Shown here: in pieces, positions 55,601-64,000 of the stretch
How positions within the stretch are numbered: position 1 is the first letter of the stretch
Layout: each line of letters opens with the position of its first letter
NCBI GenBank assembly: GCA_964016885.1
Contig: OZ024758.1
Location: 38,812,001-38,876,000, forward strand
Length of the DNA: 64,000 nt
Origin: Eledone cirrhosa
Taxonomy: Eukaryota
Direction of reading: 5' to 3'
Made by a program: the position numbers and the translations under genes
The notes under the pieces: generated by a model
What the model was told of the DNA's origin: nothing
Databases searched by the model: none
What the model saw: the letters and a program-made list of their open reading frames with translations, nothing else

Positions 55601-58600
55601 CAGAAGAAACTCCACTGTTGGTGAGAATTCATTTAAGTTCATGGTATTAGCTGTTAGATGGAACTCCAATGTTGGTGAGAATTCATTTAAGTCATGGTAC
55701 TAGCTGTCAGAAGTAACTCCACTGTTGGTGAGAATTCATTTAAGTTCATGGTATTAGCTGACAGAAGGAACGCCACTGTTGGTGAGAATTCATTTAAGTT
55801 CATGGTATTAGCTGTCAGAAGTAACTCCACTGTTGGTGAGAATTCATTTAAGTTCATGGTACTAGCTGTCAGAAGTAACTCCAATGTTGGTGAGAATTCA
55901 TTTAAGTTCATGGTATTAGCTGTCAGAAGGAACTCCACTGTTGGTGAGAATTCATTTAAGTTCATGGTACTAGCTGTCAGAAGTAACCCCAATGTTGGTG
56001 AGAATTCATTTAAGTTCATGGTATTAGCTGTCAGAAGTCACTCCAATGTTGGTGAGAATTCATTTAAGTTCATGGTATTAGCTGTCAGAAGTAACTCCAC
56101 TGTTGGTGAGAATTCATTTAAGTTCATGGTATTAGCTGTCAGAAGTAACTCCACTGTTGGTGAGAATTCATTTAAGTTCATGGTATTAGCTGTCAGAAGT
56201 AACTCCACTGTTGGTGAGAATTCATTTAAGTTCATGGTATTAGCTGTTAGATGGAACTCCAATGTTGGTGAGAATTCATTTAAGTCATGGTACTAGCTGT
56301 CAGAAGTAACTCCACTGTTGGTGAGAATTCATTTAAGTTCATGGTATTAGCTGTCAGAAGGAACGCCACTGTTGGTGAGAATTCATCTAAGTTAATGGTA
56401 TTAGCTGTCAGAAGTAACTCCACTGTTGGTGAGAATTCATTTAAGTTCATGGTACTAGGTGTCAGAAGTAACTCCAATGTTGGTGAGAATTCATTTAAGT
56501 TCATGGTATTAGCTGTCAGAAGGAACTCCACTGTTGCTGAGAATTCATTTAAGTTCATGGTATTAGCTGTCAGAAGTCACTCCAATGTTGGTGAGAATTC
56601 ATTTAAGTTCATGGTATTAGCTGTCAGAAGTAACTCCACTGTTGGTGAGAATTCATTTAAGTTCATGGTATTAGCTGTCAGAAGTAACTCCACTGTTGGT
56701 GAGAATTCATTTAAGTTCATGGTATTAGCTGTCAGAAGTAACTCCACTGTTGGTGAGAATTCATTTAAGTTCATGGTACTAGCTGTCAGAAGTAACTCCA
56801 ATGTTGGTGAGAATTCATTTAAGTTCATGGTATTAGCTGTCAGAAGTAACTCCACTGTTGGTGAGAATTCATTTAAGTCATGGTATTTATTAGCTGTCAG
56901 AAGTAACACCAATGTTGGTGAGAATTCATTTAAGTTCATGGTATTAGCTGTCAGAAGTAACTCCACTGTTGGTGAGAATTCATTTAAGTTCATGGTATCA
57001 GCTGTCAGAAGTAACTCCACTGTTGGTGAGAATTCATTTAAGTTCATGGTACTAGCTGTCAGAAGTAACTCCACTGTTGTTGAGAATTCATTTAAGTTCA
57101 TGGTATTAGTTTGTCAGAAGTAACTCCACTGTTGGTGAGAATTCATTTAAGTCATGGTATTAGTTGTCAGAAGTAACTCCAATGTTGGTGAGAATTCATT
57201 TAAGTTCATGGTACTAGCTGTCAGAAGTAACTCCACTGTTGGTGAGAATTCATTTAAGTCATGGTATTAGCTGTCAGAAGTAACTCCAATGTTGGTGAGA
57301 ATTCATTTAAGTTCATGGTATTAGCTGTCAGAAGTCACTCCACTGTTGGTGAGAATTCATTTAAGTTCATGGTACTAGCTGTCAGAAGTAACGCAATGTT
57401 GGTGAGAATTCATTTAAGTTCATGGTATTAGCTGTCAGAAGGAACTCCACTGTTGCTGAGAATTCATTTAAGTTCATGGTATTAGCTGTCAGAAGTAACT
57501 CCACTGTTGGTGAGAATTCATTTAAGTTCATGGTACTAGCTGTCAGAAGTAACTCCACTGTTGGTGAGAATTCATTTAAGTTCATGGTATTAGCTGTCAG
57601 AAGGAACTCCACTGTTGGTGAGAATTCATTTAAGTTCATGGTACTAGCTGTCAGAAGTAACTCCACTGTTGGTGAGAATTCATTTAAGTTCATGGTATTA
57701 GTTTGTCAGAATTAACTCCACTGTTGGTGAGAATTCATTTAAGTCATGGTACTAGCTGTCAGAAGTAACTCCACTGTTGGTGAGAATTCATTTAAGTTCA
57801 TGGTATTAGCTGTCAGAAGTAACTCCACTGTTGGTGAGAATTCATTTAAGTTCATGGTATTAGCTGTCAGAAGTAACTCCACTGTTGGCGAGAATTCATT
57901 TAAGTTCATGGTATTAGCTGTTAGATGGAACTCCAATGTTGGTGAGAATTCATTTAAGTCATGGTACTAGCTGTCAGAAGTAACTCCACTGTTGGTGAGA
58001 ATTCATTTAAGTTCATGGTATTAGCTGTCAGAAGGAACGCCACTGTTGGTGAGAATTCATTTAAGTTAATGGTATTAGCTGTCAGAAGTAACTCCACTGT
58101 TGGTGAGAATTCATTTAAGTTCATGGTACTAGGTGTCAGAAGTAACTCCAATGTTGGTGAGAATTCATTTAAGTTCATGGTATTAGCTGTCAGAAGGAAC
58201 TCCACTGTTGCTGAGAATTCATTTAAGTTCATGGTATTAGCTGTCAGAAGTAACTCCAATGTTGGTGAGAATTCATTTAAGTTCATGGTATTAGCTGTCA
58301 GAAGTAACTCCACTGTTGGTGAGAATTCATTTAAGTTCATGGTATTAGCTGTCAGAAGTAACTCCACTGTTGGTGAGAATTCATATAAGTCATGGTATTA
58401 GCTGTCAGAAGTAACTCCAATGTTGGTGAGAATTTATTTAAGTTCATGGTATTAGCTGTCAGAAGTCACTCCACTGTTGGTGAGAATTCATTTAAGTTCA
58501 TGGTACTAGCTGGCAGAAGTAACCCCAATGTTGGTGAGAATTCATTTAAGTTCATGGTATTAGCTGTCAGAAGTCACTCCAATGTTGGTGAGAATTCATT

Positions 58601-61600
58601 TAAGTTCATGGTATTAGCTGTCAGAAGTAACTCCACTGTTGGTGAGAATTCATTTAAGTTCATGGTATTAGCTGTCAGAAGTAACTCCACTGTTGGTGAG
58701 AATTCATTTAAGTTCATGGTATTAGCTGTCAGAAGTAACTCCACTGTTGGTGAGAATTCATTTAAGTTCATGGTATTAGCTGTTAGATGGAACTCCAATG
58801 TTGGTGAGAATTCATTTAAGTCATGGTACTAGCTGTCAGAAGTAACTCCACTGTTGGTGAGAATTCATTTAAGTTCATGGTATTAGCTGTCAGAAGGAAC
58901 GCCACTGTTGGTGAGAATTCATTTAAGTTCATGGTATTAGCTGTCAGAAGTAACTCCACTGTTGGTGAGAATTCATTTAAGTTCATGGTACTAGCTGTCA
59001 GAAGTAACTCCAATGTTGGTGAGAATTCATTTAAGTTCATGGTATTAGCTGTCAGAAGGAACTCCACTGTTGCTGAGAATTCATTTAAGTTCATGGTATT
59101 AGCTGTCAGAAGTAACTCCACTGTTGGTGAGAATTCATTTAAGTTCATGGTATTAGCTGTCAGAAGTAACTCCACTGTTGGTGAGAATTCATTTAAGTCA
59201 TGGTATTAGCTGTCAGAAGTAACTCCATTGTTGGTGAGAATTCATTTAAGTCATGGTACTAGCTGTCAGAAGTAACTCCACTGTTGGTGAGAATTCATTT
59301 AAGTCATGGTATTTATTAGCTGTCAGAAGTAACACCAATGTTGGTGAGAATTCATTTAAGTTCATGGTATTAGCTGTCAGAAGGAACGCCACTGTTGGTG
59401 AGAATTCATTTAAGTTAATGGTATTAGCTGTCAGAAGTCACTCCAATGTTGGTGAGAATTCATATAAGTCATGGTATTAGCTGTCAGAAGTAACTCCAAT
59501 GTTGGTGAGAATTTATTTAAGTTCATGGTATTAGCTGTCAGAAGTCACTCCACTGTTGGTGAGAATTCATTTAAGTTCATGGTACTAGCTGTCAGAAGTA
59601 ACCCTAATGTTGGTGAGAATTCATTTAAGTTCATGGTATTAGCTGTCAGAAGTCACTCCAATGTTGGTGAGAATTCATTTAAGTTCATGGTATTAGCTGT
59701 CAGAAGTAACTCCACTGTTGGTGAGAATTCATTTAAGTTCATGGTATTAGCTGTCAGAAGTAACTCTACTGTTGGTGAGAATTCATTTAAGTTCATGGTA
59801 TTAGCTGTCAGAAGTAACTCCACTGTTGGTGAGAATTCATTTAAGTTCATGGTATTAGCTGTTAGATGGAACTCCAATGTTGGTGAGAATTCATTTAAGT
59901 CATGGTACTAGCTGTCAGAAGTAACTCCACTGTTGGTGAGAATTCATTTAAGTTCATGGTATTAGCTGTCAGAAGGAACGCCACTGTTGGTGAGAATTCA
60001 TTTAAGTTCATGGTATTAGCTGTCAGAAGTAACTCCACTGTTGGTGAGAATTCATTTAAGTTCATGGTACTAGCTGTCAGAAGTAACTCCAATGTTGGTG
60101 AGAATTCATTTAAGTTCATGGTATTAGCTGTCAGAAGGAACTCCACTGTTGCTGAGAATTCATTTAAGTTCATGGTATTAGCTGTCAGAAGTAACTCCAC
60201 TGTTGGTGAGAATTCATTTAAGTTCATGGTATTAGCTGTCAGAAGTAACTCCACTGTTGGTGAGAATTCATTTAAGTCATGGTATTAGCTGTCAGAAGTA
60301 ACTCCATTGTTGGTGAGAATTCATTTAAGTCATGGTACTAGCTGTCAGAAGTAACTCCACTGTTGGTGAGAATTCATTTAAGTCATGGTATTTATTAGCT
60401 GTCAGAAGTAACACCAATGTTGGTGAGAATTCATTTAAGTTCATGGTATTAGCTGTCAGAAGTAACTCCACTGTTGGTGAGAATTCATTTAAGTTCATGG
60501 TACTAGCTGTCAGAAGTAACTCCACTGTTGTTGAGAATTCATTTAAGTTCATGGTATTAGTTTGTCAGAAGTAACTCCACTGTTGGTGAGAATTCATTTA
60601 AGTCATGGTATTAGTTGTCAGAAGTAACTCCAATGTTGGTGAGAATTCATTTAAGTTCATGGTACTAGCTGTCAGAAGTAACTCCACTGTTGGTGAGAAT
60701 TCATTTAAGTCATGGTATTAGCTGTCAGAAGTAACTCCAATGTTGGTGAGAATTCATTTAAGTTCATGGTATTAGCTGTCAGAAGTAACTCCACTGTTGG
60801 TGAGAATTCATTTAAGTTCATGGTATTAGCTGTCAGAAGTAACTCCACTGTTGGTGAGAATTCATTTAAGTCATGGTATTTATTAGCTGTCAGAAGTAAC
60901 ACCAATGTTGGTGAGAATTCATTTAAGTTCATGGTATTAGCTGTCAGAAGTAACTCCACTGTTGGTGAGAATTCATTTAAGTTCATGGTATTAGCTGTCA
61001 GAAGTAACTCCACTGTTGGTGAGAATTCATTTAAGTTCATGGTACTAGCTGTCAGAAGTAACTCCACTGTTGTTGAGAATTCATTTAAGTTCATGGTATT
61101 AGTTTGTCAGAAGTAACTCCACTGTTGGTGAGAATTCATTTAAGTCATGGTATTAGTTGTCAGAAGTAACTCCACTGTTGGTGAGAATTCATTTAAGTTC
61201 ATGGTATTAGCTGTTAGATGGAACTCCAATGTTGGTGAGAATTCATTTAAGTTAATGGTATTAGCTGCCAGAAGTAACTCCACTGTTGGTGAGAATTCAT
61301 TTAAGTTCATGGTATTAGCTGTCAGAAGTAACTCCACTGTTGGTGAGAATTCATTTAAGTTCATGGTATTAGCTGTCAGAAGTAACTCCACTGTTGGTGA
61401 GAATTCATTTAAGTTCATGGTATTAGCTGTTAGATGGAACTCCAATGTTGGTGAGAATTCATTTAAGTCATGGTACTAGCTGTCAGAAGTAACTCCACTG
61501 TTGGTGAGAATTCATTTAAGTTCATGGTATTAGCTGTCAGAAGGAACGCCACTGTTGGTGAGAATTCATTTAAGTTAATGGTATTAGCTGTCAGAAGTAA

Positions 61601-61975
61601 CTCCACTGTTGGTGAGAATTCATTTAAGTTCATGGTACTAGGTGTCAGAAGTAACTCCAATGTTGGTGAGAATTCATTTAAGTTCATGGTATTAGCTGTC
61701 AGAAGGAACTCCACTGTTGCTGAGAATTCATTTAAGTTCATGGTATTAGCTGTCAGAAGTAACTCCAATGTTGGTGAGAATTCATTTAAGTTCATGGTAT
61801 TAGCTGTCAGAAGTAACTCCACTGTTGGTGAGAATTCATTTAAGTTCATGGTATTAGCTGTCAGAAGTAACTCCACTGTTGGTGAGAATTCATATAAGTC
61901 ATGGTATTAGCTGTCAGAAGTAACTCCAATGTTGGTGAGAATTTATTTAAGTTCATGGTATTAGCTGTCAGAAGT
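46602..61975 (+). repeat. Near-identical ~7.4-kb block duplication, period 7987 bp (148 monomers); copies 46602-53988 and 54589-61975
   Basis: ORF starts are offset by exactly 7987 (46792/54779 through 53914/61901). Private markers shared by both copies: GGTGTTAG 47333/55320, TCATCTAAG 48396/56383, GTATCAGC 49008/56995, GGCGAG 49900/57887, GCTGCCAG 53277/61264. Confidence 0.95.
50400..52450 (+). repeat. Nested duplication, period 1079 bp (20 monomers), inside the 7987-bp unit (repeated at ~58390-60440)
   Basis: ORF starts are 50836/51915 and 51266/52345. The marker TCATATAAG occurs at ~50394/51473. Confidence 0.85.
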
Positions 61976-64000
61976 CACTCCACTGTTGGTGAGAATTCAT
62001 TTAAGTTCATGGTACTAGCTGTCAGAAGTAACCCCAATGTTGGTGACAATTCATTTAAGTTCATGGTATTAGCTGTCAGAAGTCACTCCAATGTTGGTGA
62101 GAATTCATTTAAGTTCATGGTATTAGCTGTCAGAAGTAACTCCACTGTTGGTGAGAATTCATTTAAGTTCATGGTATTAGCTGTCAGAAGTAACTCCACT
62201 GTTGGTGAGAATTCATTTAAGTTCATGGTATTAGCTGTCAGAAGTAACTCCACTGTTGGTGAGAATTCATTTAAGTTCATGGTATTAGCTGTTAGATGGA
62301 ACTCCAATGTTGGTGAGAATTCATTTAAGTCATGGTACTAGCTGTCAGAAGTAACTCCACTGTTGGTGAGAATTCATTTAAGTTCATGGTATTAGCTGTC
62401 AGAAGGAACGCCACTGTTGGTGAGAATTCATTTAAGTTCATGGTATTAGCTGTCAGAAGTAACTCCACTGTTGGTGAGAATTCATTTAAGTTCATGGTAC
62501 TAGCTGTCAGAAGTAACTCCAATGTTGGTGAGAATTCATTTAAGTTCATGGTATTAGCTGTCAGAAGGAACTCCACTGTTGCTGAGAATTCATTTAAGTT
62601 CATGGTATTAGCTGTCAGAAGTAACTCCACTGTTGGTGAGAATTCATTTAAGTTCATGGTATTAGCTGTCAGAAGTAACTCCACTGTTGGTGAGAATTCA
62701 TTTAAGTCATGGTATTAGCTGTCAGAAGTAACTCCATTGTTGGTGAGAATTCATTTAAGTCATGGTACTAGCTGTCAGAAGTAACTCCACTGTTGGTGAG
62801 AATTCATTTAAGTCATGGTATTTATTAGCTGTCAGAAGTAACACCAATGTTGGTGAGAATTCATTTAAGTTCATGGTATTAGCTGTCAGAAGTAACTCCA
62901 CTGTTGGTGAGAATTCATTTAAGTTCATGGTATTAGCTGTCAGAAGTAACTCCACTGTTGGTGAGAATTCATTTAAGTTCATGGTACTAGCTGTCAGAAG
63001 TAACTCCACTGTTGTTGAGAATTCATTTAAGTTCATGGTATTAGTTTGTCAGAAGTAACTCCACTGTTGGTGAGAATTCATTTAAGTCATGGTATTAGTT
63101 GTCAGAAGTAACTCCAATGTTGGTGAGAATTCATTTAAGTTCATGGTACTAGCTGTCAGAAGTAACTCCACTGTTGGTGAGAATTCATTTAAGTCATGGT
63201 ATTTATTAGCTGTCAGAAGTAACACCAATGTTGGTGAGAATTCATTTAAGTTCATGGTATTAGCTGTCAGAAGTAACTCCACTGTTGGTGAGAATTCATT
63301 TAAGTTCATGGTATTAGCTGTCAGAAGTAACTCCACTGTTGGTGAGAATTCATTTAAGTTCATGGTACTAGCTGTCAGAAGTAACTCCACTGTTGTTGAG
63401 AATTCATTTAAGTTCATGGTATTAGTTTGTCAGAAGTAACTCCACTGTTGGTGAGAATTCATTTAAGTCATGGTATTAGTTGTCAGAAGTAACTCCACTG
63501 TTGGTGAGAATTCATTTAAGTTCATGGTATTAGCTGTTAGATGGAACTCCAATGTTGGTGAGAATTCATTTAAGTTAATGGTATTAGCTGTCAGAAGTAA
63601 CTCCACTGTTGGTGAGAATTCATTTAAGTTCATGGTACTAGGTGTCAGAAGTAACTCCAATGTTGGTGAGAATTCATTTAAGTTCATGGTATTAGCTGTC
63701 AGAAGGAACTCCACTGTTGCTGAGAATTCATTTAAGTTCATGGTATTAGCTGTCAGAAGTAACTCCAATGTTGGTGAGAATTAATTTAAGTTCATGGTAT
63801 TAGCTGTCAGAAGTAACTCCACTGTTGGTGAGAATTCATTTAAGTTCATGGTATTAGCTGTCAGAAGTAACTCCACTGTTGGTGAGAATTCATTTAAGTC
63901 ATGGTATTAGCTGTCAGAAGTAACTCCAATGTTGGTGAGAATTTATCTAAGTTCATGGTATTAGCTGTCAGAAGTCACTCCACTGTTGGTGAGAATTCAT

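Larger units (their letters stand above)
1..64000 (+). repeat. Satellite DNA array: ~1,190 tandem copies of a 54-bp monomer (GAATTCATTTAAGTTCATGGTATTAGCTGTCAGAAGTAACTCCACTGTTGGTGA), with 53-, 55- and 57/58-bp length variants; extends beyond both window edges
   Basis: GAATTC recurs every 54 bp (10, 64, 118, 172...) through to the last bases of the window. Most monomers differ from consensus at 0-4 positions. Common polymorphisms are TATT/TACT, CCACT/CCAAT, GTAAC/GGAAC/GTCAC and AAGTTCAT/AAGTCAT. Copy number is 64000/~53.9. Confidence 0.99.

Noticed and set aside
26-63784. Dozens of ORFs encoding 18-aa repeat proteins on both strands
   Set aside because: They have no unique N- or C-terminal domain, are frameshifted every few monomers, are mirrored on the opposite strand, and show no synonymous bias. 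They are a by-product of the 54-bp period.
1-64000. CRISPR-like array (constant ~30-bp segment plus more variable segment)
   Set aside because: The variable part differs only by 1-4 point changes. There are no unique spacers, leader or cas genes.
1-64000. Synthetic concatemer or rolling-circle artefact (EcoRI site in nearly every unit)
   Set aside because: Hierarchically shared variants and nested duplications indicate descent with mutation rather than copying of one template. Local misassembly cannot be excluded without reads.
1-64000. Variant order as an information-bearing code or diversity-generating cassette array
   Set aside because: The order is explained by nested duplications, and the window contains no recombinase, reverse transcriptase, expression site or other reader.

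Overview
The entire 64-kb window is one uninterrupted, head-to-tail, single-orientation tandem array of a 54-bp, AT-rich (~37% GC) monomer, about 1,190 copies. The consensus read from its EcoRI site is GAATTCATTTAAGTTCATGGTATTAGCTGTCAGAAGTAACTCCACTGTTGGTGA. I found no unique sequence, genes, RNA genes, CRISPR spacers, transposon insertions or inversions. The ORF track is an artefact: 54 is a multiple of 3, and one frame per strand lacks stops (MVLAVRSNSTVGENSFKF / MNLNEFSPTVELLLTANT), while frequent 53-bp monomers break those frames. It is most plausibly eukaryotic satellite DNA, possibly centromeric or pericentromeric; I cannot name the organism or satellite family from the sequence. The real structure is in the order of monomer variants. 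There is a recurrent 7-monomer (377-bp) module and nested near-identical block duplications with periods 754, 2099, 2528, 3337, 3664, 4962/4314, 1079 and 7987 bp. Diagnostic variants turn over from left to right, some variants perfect a quasi-palindrome, and one CpG>TpG decay event is visible. I did not find a protein-coding novel system. Block boundaries were read by eye from marker variants and ORF-track offsets and are accurate to about one monomer.
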